Assembly (NCBI RefSeq): GCF_037042905.1
Contig: NC_087250.1
Span: forward strand, 5,830,001 to 5,894,000
DNA from: Lytechinus pictus
Taxonomy: Eukaryota
Direction: 5' to 3'
Length of the DNA: 64,000 nucleotides
Both the position numbers and the translations under genes were made by a program. Positions within the stretch are counted from its first letter, which is position 1, and every line of letters begins with the position of its first letter. The notes below the pieces were generated by a model, which was not told the DNA's origin, did no database searches, and saw only the letters and a list, made by a program, of their open reading frames with translations. Below are positions 33,301 through 41,097 of this stretch, piece by piece.

Positions 33301-36152
33301 TTATTGAGGCAGTTAAAACTTTATATGCATCTCGCCATGCCTATGTTTTGAACAATGGTTTTCTAACTGAACGTGTCCTTATGGAACGAGGTATTTTTCA
33401 AGGTTGTCCGATTTCTCCATATTTGTTTTTACTTGTGATAGAGATAATGGCAATATCAGTCCGACAAAACAATGCTATTAGAGGTATCCCACTTGAAAAT
33501 GAAGATGTTAAAATATCTCTTTTTGCTGATGATTCGGTATGCTTTTTAAATGGTTCTGATAATTCTTTTTTTGAGCTTTTTGAAACCTTGCAGAAATTTG
33601 GTCGTTTTTCTGGTTGCAAAATTAATTTTAGCAAAACTGAAGCAATATGGATAGGTTCTAAGAAGGGTAATCAACATTTCCCTTACATAAACTGTGGTGT
33701 TTCTTGGAAGGCTTCACAATTTAAATGTTTAGGGGTAGTTTTATCTCTCAATGTTGCACAAATTTATGAGTTAAATTATAAAGAGAAACTAAAAAGAATG
33801 GAGCAAACTTTAAACTGCTGGCGAACTAGAAACCTTTCTCTAATTGGTAGAATCTGTGTTGTCAAAACTCTTATTTTGCCACAGTTAATCTATCTTTTTT
33901 CTGTTCTTTCTGTTAAATTACCCAGAGCCTTTTTTAAAGAATTAAATAAATTATTTTTTAAATTTATTTGGAATGGAGGCAAGGATAGAGTTCAACGTAA
34001 GATAATGTGTAATGATTATACTCAGGCTGGACTTAAAATGATTGACCCTTTTTCTTTTGCATGTGCTCAAAAAATGGTCTGGGTAAAACACCTATTGGAT
34101 GAGAATTTTGATGCTCCATGGAAAAAGATTGAAGTAGCCTTTTTAGAAAAATTTAATCATGATATTCAAATTTTGTGGAAATCTCATGCTCCTGAGAGCA
34201 TTTTAAACAGTCTTGGTAATATACAATTAGCTGAAGCATTGAGAATGTGGTATTCATTTAGGGAGGAAGCTGCTGTCGAATTTTATGGTAACAAATTTTC
34301 AGATTTGAGTGGTTGTCAACTCCTGTGGTATAACAAATTAATTCGTTCAAAATCTAAACAGTATCTTAATTATTCAATGTGGCATGAGAGAAATGTATTA
34401 ATGTTATCTGACTTATTTAATCCTCCTCTTTTAGGTCACAAACTCTTTGAAGAGCTTGTGTTAGATTTTGGAATCCCCCAAACAGACAGAAGGAAATATA
34501 ATTTTTTAATTAAGTGCATCCCGGAAGAATGGTTAGTGAGTTTTGACCCTGATATTATTGGTGTTCATGAAACAATTGTACATAAATTGTTGAGTTATAA
34601 AAAAGTCCCTAGACATTCATACATTTTATTTAGGGGATCACACACACCTGACAAAAGATACACTTATTGGGATGAACGTTTACCAATACCAGTATCTATC
34701 GATTGGGAAAAGGTACACTACACAAATTTTTTTTGTACCATTGATACTAAATTAAGATCATTCTATTTTAAGATCTTTCATAAAGCCATAGCATTAAATG
34801 ATTTTTTGTATAAGATTAAATCTAAGGATTCACCCAATTGTGTTTTCTGTGATAAAAGTGAGGAAACAATTATCCACCTGTTTTGCGAATGTGAAAGGGT
34901 AATTCCTATTTGGCAATCCCTTTTAACGAAAATTTCCCAAAATAATGTTCAAATAAATGGTTCTAATTTTGAAAAAATGTTCGGACTCTCAACTGATAAG
35001 TTCATTTCATACCTTTTTTTACTTTTGAAGTATTATATTCATACATGTAAATTTAAGAATAATCCTCCAAGTTTTGCTCTTTTTAAAACATTTGTTAAAA
35101 AACAACAAGACTTGGAATATTTGATAGCTAAGAAAAAAAACAAGTTGCCCGCTCACTTTAAGAAGTGGCGATTCACCTTATAACTTGGTTGTCAAAAATG
35201 TCAGCAGGTTACACGATAACTAACACTGTATATTTTGTATAACAGGTTTAGTGTCCAATTTTTTAATAATACTGCACTGTATTGGTTATATGGTTGTAGA
35301 CATCAGATCCCATTTTTTCATGCAACTTGTATCTCAGTCACCTTGATATACTTACTAGTATTCGTTTAAAAACCTCTATAATTATGTCGTCTTGGATAAC
35401 CAGTTGTGCTTTTTAATCCTATGAATAGTTGTTTGGAAACCACTTCATATAATCATAGCTTGTATATATTGCTTTGTCTACTTTATTTACCAAACACATT
35501 GCCACATTCCTTTTTTTTGGGGGGGGGGGGGTGGGGAAGGATAAGTGGGTAGGTTTTTTTTTAATTATTATTATGGTTGTTATTTTTTTGTGTAACTAAA
35601 TTGTGTTTATGTGATTTGCAATCACCTATTAATCATTTGTAAATTTTGTGATTTATTTCAATTTGTATAATAAAAACAGAATTATAAAAAAAAAAAAAAC
35701 TTTGAACGTATAATGATGTGTAAAAAATTAGTAAAAGAAATTGTAAAATCATGAACTTTTAGCGGAAAACCGATAATGCTGATAATCACGGACACAAACA
35801 GGTATATGTGGGACAGTATATCAATAATACTGGGAAAAAAATACCCGACATTTTATGGAATTCTGTGCTTATTTTGCTAATTTCTCAGTAATTACGCATT
35901 TATTTCCAGAGGCTTTTACACTCATTTTTTTTATTTATACATACAAACACTCTGGTGGCCATTTTATTGGATTCCGTTCGAACTTATTTTGAGGACCTTA
36001 CCACAACTGGTATTATTTTGTTCACAACCTTCCGTTTCCTCTCAACAGAACAACTATACATATCATCAGTCGATAACCAAGACCCAAGTGTGTTGATTGC
36101 TAGCCTTGAAAAATCCAGCGCCGACTTTAGAGTAATTCGGTCAGATTCGTGA
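1835..36152 (+). CDS. Spliced gene encoding a PDZ domain plus IL-1-family beta-trefoil protein (nIL-1F / ancient IL-1-like); join(1835-1998,21279-21387,24234-24291,27271-27483,30063-30256,31847-31961,36049-36152). The 5' end is uncertain.
   Basis: All six introns are GT..AG with matching phases (2,0,1,1,0,1), giving 957 nt of open frame ending in TGA. PDZ-like segment: EFGAHLYSSNGRHEFRAIDGSGLARKVGLRNRDVLLTINN...ICLVVER. IL-1-like motifs: GIPVAIS, MCVEG, MFFL, FEAANTTEEQLYISSVDNQDPSVLIASLEKSSADFRVI. An in-frame ATG lies at 1853. Confidence 0.85.
2013..2310 (-). mobile_element. tRNA-derived SINE
   Basis: Minus-strand head ggagcgttgtggcccagaggattag...gggttcaaatccc (A and B boxes), (att)n tail. 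A second copy starts at 63293. Confidence 0.9.
2830..2904. repeat. Perfect inverted repeat, 35-bp arms and 5-nt loop
   Basis: ttgagtagaagaaataaccagttgtctcacgatgt-agcaa-acatcgtgagacaactggttatttcttctactcaa. Confidence 0.95.
3120..3400. repeat. Degenerate (cacagtgtgtt)n repeat
   Basis: Visible ~11-bp motif. A complementary tract lies at 28455-28880. Confidence 0.85.
3650..4420. repeat. 59-bp minisatellite (about 9 good copies, then degenerate)
   Basis: Unit tataatttcaaagtgtggctaccttgaggaatatactccacagtgtgcgtgtgtgtcag, interrupted at about 4192-4325. Confidence 0.95.
4968..6419. mobile_element. Non-autonomous Kolobok-like DNA transposon
   Basis: TTAA on both sides and perfect 15-bp TIR agttgaattaagaag / cttcttaattcaact. 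Internal inverted repeats gagtgtgacgtcaccggggg at about 5158 and 6212. Confidence 0.8.
6710..6900. mobile_element. Short MITE with internal gggtta-like repeats
   Basis: Imperfect TIRs acgacatttgctctggtgacaattgctc / gagcaattgttaccgggcctaatgtcat. Confidence 0.6.
8535..9520. repeat. ~170-180-bp tandem repeat, about 5-6 diverging copies
   Basis: Recurring aaaattgcgagggagcaaagcgacc...gtgtcccacagcagggaaaattttgc. Confidence 0.9.
11130..11500. repeat. ~115-bp tandem repeat x3 with (aat)n spacers
   Basis: gagatatagatttttacaaagcaaaatttgataaatgc is repeated three times. Confidence 0.9.
11520..12960 (+). pseudogene. Degraded CR1/L2-group LINE reverse transcriptase
   Basis: Fragments GLDGLHP, KIIPIYKSGDK, SKILEKRIHQQLYEYL, NQSGFRP, GSTLGPLIFSIFMND, LYADDT and FKYLGVTID, with frameshifts. 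Confidence 0.9.
12166..12368 (-). mobile_element. hAT-like MITE (cagtggcgtacctagg family)
   Basis: TIRs cattagcgtaccta / taggtacgccactg. 8-bp TSD ctgataac / ctgacaac. Confidence 0.85.
13010..13175. repeat. (taaa)n microsatellite
   Basis: Seen directly. Confidence 0.95.
15797..16278. mobile_element. Element with ~100-bp inverted arms enclosing a tRNA-Glu-like sequence, located between (TA)n tracts
   Basis: 15797-15899 is the inverted copy of 16176-16278. Minus strand 15901-15971 reads gtggtctagtg...gggttcgattcccgg. Confidence 0.7.
16355..16390 (-). ncRNA. Minimal hammerhead ribozyme, inverted pLTR copy
   Basis: Reverse complement reads catccCTGAAGAaggtctgtgaccGAAAatttgga. Confidence 0.75.
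16789..16939. mobile_element. PIF/Harbinger-like MITE inserted in the inverted pLTR
   Basis: TIRs gggtctgttgcagaaagagttgc / gcaactctttctgcaacgggaccc with CWG flanks. Absent from the sense copy. Confidence 0.8.
18214..18250 (+). ncRNA. Minimal hammerhead ribozyme in the Penelope pLTR
   Basis: tcc-CTGAAGA-a-ggtc tat gacc-GAAA-attt-gga, the CUGANGA / stem II / GAAA core. Confidence 0.75.
18459..18500 (-). ncRNA. Third minimal hammerhead with a different stem II (remnant of another Penelope family)
   Basis: Reverse complement reads tatccCTGAAGAa-gacgt atgttta acgtc-GAAAatttggaa. Confidence 0.7.
18789..19182. mobile_element. Kolobok-like MITE
   Basis: ttaa|agagaaattccagt ... actggaatttatct|ttaa. 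Confidence 0.8.
19657..21255. mobile_element. PIF/Harbinger-like MITE hosting a nested element
   Basis: tta|aggccaccgcacacgttacga ... tcgtaaggtgtgcggtcgcct|tta. Confidence 0.8.
19787..20972. mobile_element. Nested PIF/Harbinger-like element with a ~470-bp internal duplication
   Basis: TIR agcccctttcacaattgacgtacgacc at both ends with taa/tta flanks. The 5' part repeats from about 20259. Confidence 0.85.
21279..21387 (+). CDS. Exon B: NRDVLLTINNLTSGLTNSNPLAILECLTDIGPNICL, second half of the PDZ domain
   Basis: Acceptor gttcatacag, donor gtaata. Phase 2 to 0. Joined to exon A it gives the PDZ motif GLRxxDxLLxIN. Confidence 0.85.
21500..21667. mobile_element. Palindromic MITE
   Basis: ttgctatgatagcaactcttt..ggaatgtcaact / agttgacattcc..aaagagttgctatcatagcaa. 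Confidence 0.65.
22069..22532. mobile_element. Foldback MITE, Mutator-like
   Basis: ~195-bp near-perfect inverted arms and a ~74-bp spacer. 9-bp TSD ggtacttgc at 22060-22068 and 22533-22541. Confidence 0.9.
22685..24192. repeat. ~94-bp minisatellite, about 16 copies
   Basis: Unit gactacatatcctaatatgttca...ttcgctaatcctcgtgtcaatggagttactttcatttcatttt. Confidence 0.95.
24234..24291 (+). CDS. Exon C: VVERNGNETWLFAFHLDEE(G), last PDZ strand plus linker
   Basis: Long polypyrimidine tract then cag. The donor gtacaa is weak. Phase 0 to 1. Completes the LVVER strand. Confidence 0.75.
24713..25499. mobile_element. Kolobok-like MITE
   Basis: ttaa|aggagcacggtctccgg ... ccggggaccgtgcacct|ttaa. Confidence 0.8.
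25026..25402. mobile_element. Kolobok-like MITE family 1, internally deleted copy
   Basis: ttaa|aggtcaagtccaccc ... gggtggacttgtcct|ttaa. Longer copies start at 42765 and 60849. Confidence 0.9.
25934..26029. repeat. Inverted repeat, 44-bp arms (1 mismatch) and 8-nt loop
   Basis: ataatgagatgaggcgaggccaactcaacagatgacgcaggaca and its complement, lying between (TA)n tracts. Confidence 0.95.
26037..26857. mobile_element. Tc1/mariner-like foldback MITE
   Basis: ta|cagtgcgtcccac...tgggacgcactg|ta, with long imperfect TIRs of about 300 bp. Confidence 0.9.
27271..27483 (+). CDS. Exon D: NRPIVKELFTHKFDKHIRTFPFLVIIPPEAAFDVNAQYTYECSTPVEIILKEDDLYMKIGTDMATFVSVP, linker and probable start of the trefoil
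   Basis: Acceptor tttccag, consensus donor gtaagt. 213 nt, phase 1 to 1. GC-richer than its flanks. Confidence 0.85.
27495..28210. repeat. ~195-bp tandem repeat, about 3.5 copies
   Basis: tcatacttcacaacaaa recurs at 27661, 27856 and 28052. Confidence 0.9.
28455..28880. repeat. (tgtgaacacac)n degenerate repeat
   Basis: Seen directly. Confidence 0.9.
29673..30031 (+). mobile_element. Non-autonomous Helentron-associated (HINE / DINE-1-like) element
   Basis: 5' subTIR ttttgtctcgccc, nearby partial IR ggcgagac, (gtcc)n microsatellite, 3' subTIR gggcgagaca, T-rich flanks. Confidence 0.65.
30063..30256 (+). CDS. Exon E: (Q)TLTLNRYKRIDENNKVGDGPDGGIPVAISTSTPPSNVERDAEQGSDDYDPMCVEGNTEGPLGVV
   Basis: Acceptor tttttcattgtattag, donor gtaagt at 30257. 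Phase 1 to 0. Contains the IL-1-like IPVAI motif. Confidence 0.85.
30690..31330. repeat. Degenerate ~21-bp repeat (ctaactcgttctctcgactta)
   Basis: Seen directly. Confidence 0.85.
31328..31724. mobile_element. Two adjacent cactgtaaaa-type MITEs with TA flanks
   Basis: About 31328-31550 (a relative lies at about 7177-7383) and the palindromic 31556-31724 (cactgtaaaaaaatgaagtgctaa / ttagcacttcattttttacagtg). Confidence 0.75.
31847..31961 (+). CDS. Exon F: VFPPWMTEPGEIPQNNMFFLTSLAPRGDAVFEAANTTE
   Basis: Acceptor attaaag is weak, donor gtatac. Phase 0 to 1. The MFFL...FEAA pattern matches IL-1 FVFN...FESA. Confidence 0.75.
31975..32300. repeat. (gat/ggt)n trinucleotide tract
   Basis: Source of the poly-M, poly-H and poly-I ORFs in the track. 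Confidence 0.95.
32401..35697 (+). mobile_element. 5'-truncated L1/Tx1-clade LINE
   Basis: 17-bp TSD aactttgaacgtataat at 32384-32400 and 35698-35714, poly(A) tail, ~500-nt 3' UTR. Confidence 0.95.
32415..35183 (+). CDS. L1/Tx1 ORF2 lacking the endonuclease: RT plus C-terminal CCHC zinc motif
   Basis: 922 uninterrupted codons. Motifs GEKSTKYF, KTPGFDG, NYRPITLL, DIEKAFD, QGCPISP, FADD and CVFC..ETIIHLFCEC. Confidence 0.97.
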   Translation: MLIKLEEMEEKLNKIYDFETKGLITRSRVKWIEEGEKSTKYFCNLENRGWHKKNISRLKDHHGNFITDPVGIKREIQSFYSKLYSIQDDAQGNINEKDINENMFDNLNIPQLPDDQKQLLDAGLSKQEIFNVIKSMKSNKTPGFDGIPAEFYVVFWPDINEMLINSLNFSLQNGTLSPSQRNGIITLLPKKDKDPLLIKNYRPITLLTVDYKIIAKCLANRLKRCLDDLISTDQSGFMKGRTIGHNIRLILDIIEYTDMKDIPGSIVLLDIEKAFDSVSHNFLFLTLEKFNFSNFFIEAVKTLYASRHAYVLNNGFLTERVLMERGIFQGCPISPYLFLLVIEIMAISVRQNNAIRGIPLENEDVKISLFADDSVCFLNGSDNSFFELFETLQKFGRFSGCKINFSKTEAIWIGSKKGNQHFPYINCGVSWKASQFKCLGVVLSLNVAQIYELNYKEKLKRMEQTLNCWRTRNLSLIGRICVVKTLILPQLIYLFSVLSVKLPRAFFKELNKLFFKFIWNGGKDRVQRKIMCNDYTQAGLKMIDPFSFACAQKMVWVKHLLDENFDAPWKKIEVAFLEKFNHDIQILWKSHAPESILNSLGNIQLAEALRMWYSFREEAAVEFYGNKFSDLSGCQLLWYNKLIRSKSKQYLNYSMWHERNVLMLSDLFNPPLLGHKLFEELVLDFGIPQTDRRKYNFLIKCIPEEWLVSFDPDIIGVHETIVHKLLSYKKVPRHSYILFRGSHTPDKRYTYWDERLPIPVSIDWEKVHYTNFFCTIDTKLRSFYFKIFHKAIALNDFLYKIKSKDSPNCVFCDKSEETIIHLFCECERVIPIWQSLLTKISQNNVQINGSNFEKMFGLSTDKFISYLFLLLKYYIHTCKFKNNPPSFALFKTFVKKQQDLEYLIAKKKNKLPAHFKKWRFTL
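36049..36152 (+). CDS. Terminal exon G: (E)QLYISSVDNQDPSVLIASLEKSSADFRVIRSDS*
   Basis: Strong acceptor ccttccgtttcctctcaacag, phase 1, TGA at 36150-36152. YIS..P.V..DF signature. Confidence 0.85.
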
Positions 36153-36494
36153 AGTCAGACGTCACTCAAGGATATTTTCTCGAGGCTTGCCGATTCGGAA
36201 AAACGACCGGAATCCTAGTAGTAATGTTTGTTGACGTTTTTGATCGATGATCAAAATAGAAATAGTTTATTATTATCGAAATTATTATAGAGAAAAGGGG
36301 AGGAAAGACGGGGAAAAATATAGTGCTGTGTGTGGAAACAATTATAGTCAATTGCAAAACAGAAGAATTTAAGAAGGAGAAAAGGAAGGAGAAGAAGAAG
36401 AAGAAGATGTATCGTGGGCCCCTCAACAAAAATGTCAGCGATTGATCATAGGACTGATTTATACGACTGATCATACACAATAATCAATGTAATC

Positions 36495-36500
36495 AATAAA
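36495..36500 (+). promoter_or_regulatory. Candidate polyadenylation signal of the PDZ-IL-1 gene
   Basis: AATAAA about 340 nt after the stop codon. The motif is common in AT-rich DNA. Confidence 0.35.
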
Positions 36501-38224
36501 AAAAATCTCCCAACGATCGATCGCTAAGCTTTTTTTCGTTATGTTTTATTAGGTGGTAAAGCCTGTCTTATATAGTTTTAGAATAGGGTCAATAGCGTAA
36601 GCTCTCGGCCCCTACTTCAGTATCATCTAATATTTCAACTTTTTCAACCGCCAAAGGTTTGAGAAAAATCCGTCAAAAACGTAGGAACAAGAGAAATATT
36701 AGAGTTTTATGTATTTGATTTGTGACGTCATATGCGAGCAATTTTTTTTACATATCCGATGGCAAATAATCAAGGAAATATAATTTCCTTAGAAAATTAA
36801 GAATGGGTTTTACTGCACCTTCAATATATCAATACACAAATAATTTCACACCTGTTTCTAAAAAGAAACAAAAATATGTCTTTAGAAATATTAAAGATTT
36901 AAATTCATACATTTAAATATTACAAAGCATTTGGGGCTGCTGCTCGTTTATGACGTCACAAATTCTTAAAAAACAGCATAATGAAACAATAAAAGATATC
37001 GATGAAAGTTTGAAAAAATAAAATTCATCAAACGTTAAGGAAAGTATTAGAATTTCAGGTTATTTATTTGTGACGTCATAATTATATTTCCCTTTAAATC
37101 TCTCTATACAAGGGTGATTGTGTGTGGGGGGGGGGGCTAACGAATAAAGACTGCCCTACTTCATTTACTGTGACGGCAGGTAGTAAGGTCAATTTCTAAA
37201 ACAAATTTACTATCAACCAATCAGACTGAAGGATTTCAGTAGCTTTTAACAGTTATTTCAAATATGCTACTAAAACAAGTTTCATGATATGGGCCCATGT
37301 GGTACAGCGCCTCGTGTACAGTTGGTATACAAGGCAGCAAAAGGGCCCTGCAATTTTGACTTCACTAGTCTTGAGTATAGACCCATTTGTAGACAAAAGT
37401 TTTCATCAGAGTCTGTACTTTGTAGACTAGGCTACCAGGGGAAATTTTTAAAGATTTTCAATCACCGGTATGGCACCATAGTATAAGTGTGAGGACCATA
37501 ATGAAGAAAAAAAGAGGCGACAATGTAACATTGAGACCAATTTCTAGAGTGTAAAATGCAATTGTGTATTTTCCTTTTAAAAAGGGGGCAATTTAAGATA
37601 ATTTTAAACAAATATCTGTAGTACATTATACGTGCAGCCAGTGGAAATTTGCCAGAAATTGCCATATATACTGTTCCATTTATACGAATCGTTGAATTTT
37701 TGGTGAATAAATCGTACTTTCTTCGGGGGAGGTATTCGGGGTTGATGTTCGCTCTATTAAAAGGCAAGTTCATGACTTCATTTGGTATAACGTGTATTTT
37801 GTGTATATTAAAGAAAATAAAAATTTTATCTTCGGTCTTGCAGAGCCTGACATATTGATTCGAAATGATTTGGAATAAATGACTTTGTGTAAATAATTTG
37901 GGTTCAGATCTAAAGTAGGGTATATAAACATAGTAGTACTATTTAAGCAATAATGTCACTTATAAATATGTATTTGGAAGATTGTTTAACTTATGTCGAG
38001 TTACAACGTAATATGATTTATTTTACAAGCTGTGGCACTGAGTTAAATGGTGGTGATTTTTTGCCTGTTTCTTTTTATGGAAACTCCCGTAGGAACTCGG
38101 CAGGTAAACGCCAAGCTAGTATATAACCAATTACCTAGGAAACATTTTACGTCTAGGTTAATCAGTCATAGTGGCTGACTTTATAGACGACAGATATTAC
38201 TCTCGGGCCTTTTTATCAAAGTGG

Positions 38225-38495
38225 AGACAATGGCAGAGTAGGGATTCGAACTCACAACCTTGCGATTATGACTCCAATGCTCTAACCACTGGACCACACG
38301 ACCCGTGGATTGCTAAGAAAGCATTAGTGCTTGTTATCAAGCAACCAGAAGACCGACGGCTTAAGGTTCTCCCCGAGGGACCTGATAATGAGGATTATTG
38401 CCTTACCAAATGCAAAGGGCACTAGTGCACCAAGTGGGAATCGAACCCCGGTCACTGAAACTCGAATCCCCTGCTCTACCGACTGAGCTATCGCT
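38225..38495 (-). mobile_element. Two tRNA-derived SINE heads or fragments
   Basis: gggattcgaac...ctaaccactggaccac (about 38240-38304) and ggaatcgaaccc...ctaccgactgagcta (about 38437-38494). Confidence 0.7.
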
Positions 38496-39100
38496 TATTA
38501 AGTAATATCAAGTAATAAGTTGGAAATATAACAAGTAATAAGTTAAACGTTTATTATACGTAACATGATATACATATTATAGTTGTTGTGTTTCCAAAAA
38601 ATAAAGAATAGAAAACTTGAAAGTGTGATATATTTATATTTTTGAGTTGTCAATGTAAAAAAAAAACCTGAATATCAAAGCGTAAACATATACCACATAA
38701 AAATTGTATTAAATCATTTGAGAGGAGATATTATTCCAGGACACAATAATTATTTATTTATTCGTTATCTATTTAATTATTCTATTATGTATTTATTCGT
38801 TTGTTTATTTATTCATTTTTTCATATAATTATTCATTTATTCATTCATTTACTTATTTATTTATGAATTTATTTATCGATTGATTGATTGATTGATTTAT
38901 TATTTATTTATTATTTATTTATTTATTTATCAATTTATTATTTTTTATTTAATAATTATAATTTTTTTTTTCATTTATTTACTTACTCACTTCCGGGGTG
39001 AGGGTTGCTGGTTCATTGCGTGTATTTTCATACCGTGAGAATAATAAACACTCTTCTATTGAATGTTGCATCCCTTCATAACATTTCTTCCATCAATGGC

Positions 39101-39532
39101 AATAGACCAGTTCGGAGTTACCTCTTAGGCAATTTTGGTCAAATGAGCTTTCATTTCTTTGATATGATAGGCAGATTTCAAAGCAAGATATTATGTAAGC
39201 ATGCCTTACATAGCAGGATGCAGAAATTGCATAGACCAGGTGACTAAAATAGCACACAATGAACACTCTATGAATGTATTTGTTGCATTTCTGCAATGAA
39301 CGCATTAGCATGTTGTTATAACAATGTACTTGGAAAATTGTGAAATACCAGTCGTAGTGAACGCATTGTTTTATGTTGATCTAATGATAAACAAAATTCA
39401 AAAGATTATGAATAATCAAGACAATCAAAGTTGGTGCTCATCTCATTGAATATTAAATCACTATATATGTCACTTTAGTACGAATTACCTTCATCTGATC
39501 ATGCGCAGAATGGAACTCCGAACTTGCTTATT
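39101..39532. mobile_element. MITE related to 21-474
   Basis: aatagaccagttcggagtt / aactccgaacttgcttatt, plus the shared tgatcatgcgcagaa. Confidence 0.7.
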
Positions 39533-39921
39533 ACAATGTACGAATTAATGAATTAAAGTTCATTATATTATAGCCCCCCCCCCCCCCCATTCTTCTCATT
39601 TCAAGACTCAATTAATTTTCGACATTTTTTTTTTACAACAGAATAAGAATAATTTTAATTGTTGAATAAGTTGACAACTGGCACTCAATAAAAGTGTGGT
39701 CTAAGATAACCCATATTTAACTAAACCATGGCTGTTATAACAACACCATTGCGGTTCCCTTGGGCCCCGTCTTACAAAGAGTTATGATTGATCCAATCAA
39801 TCGTAACTCTATGGAAATCCATCAGTGAAATTTTTTTCTACAGGAAATTTGCAAAATGTCCTTTTTAAATAGAGGAGAACACATCAAAGTGTCAAGAAAT
39901 CAATTAATTTATAGATATATA

Positions 39922-41097
39922 CAGCGCGTCCCAAAAAAATGTCCCTCTGACATAGGACTGAATTAATTCTAAAATGTGGTAGGATTCTCAAATAAATGTT
40001 GATGAGTAGACAACTCTTTCGGATGGTGACGTTAAAGGTCGGTCCCAGACGTAAATAATCATATCTGATTGATACACGTCTGACAAAACTCAAATACACA
40101 CACACACACGCTCATTTCATGATCTAACTTCTATGAAAATTTCATTAGTCGCGCTTGAGCGGTTTTGAATACACACTCTGTTACGTAAAGGTGGTGCATT
40201 TTAGCCCATTCCAAGTTTGCAGCATTGATGCATTTCTTTATTGTCTATGGCATGTTAACCCCCATTTTTACATCCAGGATCTGAGCAGGGACATTTCCCG
40301 AATCATATCCAGGCTCATCAAAACATAAACTTGTGCATGATCAGAAGAACAAGAAACATAAAAAAATACGTTTGATTGATGGTTGATAAGGGGAACCAAT
40401 GCACCAACTTGAAAGAAAATGTGAATGATGGATGAGTAAAATAAGCTGAAAAAAGGGGGAATCCACAACTTTAAGTTAATCACCCTTTGCGAAAAGGAAC
40501 TTTACCAAAGAAAAAATTGACTTTTTTTCTTTTAAATAGTTACATTGTAATTAACTTGACCTCAGTAGGTTATTAACTAAAAAAAGTAATGAAAACAAAA
40601 ATGCAGTATTGTTGGAAATATGCATGAAACAGACATGACCTGTTGTCTCAATCATTGTGCATCTCCCGTTATTGAACTGTCAAATACCGTTTTTGCCCTT
40701 CTGAACTTGCTCAAGGTTGTGATTTGATGAGCCTGGTTAGATCATGGAGATTTCCCTGGTCAGATCAGGGAATTCCTTGGTCAGAACAAGGAGATAGAGG
40801 TGATATCTCCTTGGTCAGAATGGTCAAAGGGGGTTGATACGCGAGAAAGTGCAGAAAACAAAGCAGTGCACTGGTAGCTCTATGCTGCATGCATGCAAAC
40901 TTGGAATGGGCTGAAAAGCACCACTGTTACATAATGGGCTGTGTATTCAAAACCATTGAAGCAAGACCAATGAAATTTTTATAGACGTTAGAACATGAGA
41001 TGGGCTTCCTAGTTTTATACATTTCATTGAGAATCGTTTTTATTTTTTGAAGTAATTTAGCCGCATATCAGAGGGACATTTTTGGGGGGACGCGCTG
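39922..41097. mobile_element. Tc1/mariner-like non-autonomous element
   Basis: ta|cagcgcgtccc..atgtccctctga / tcagagggacat..gggacgcgctg|ta. Confidence 0.85.
40014..40109 (+). mobile_element. 5'-truncated copy of the 7SL-headed SINE
   Basis: Matches the reverse complement of 56476-56566 and has a (ca)n tail. Confidence 0.9.
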
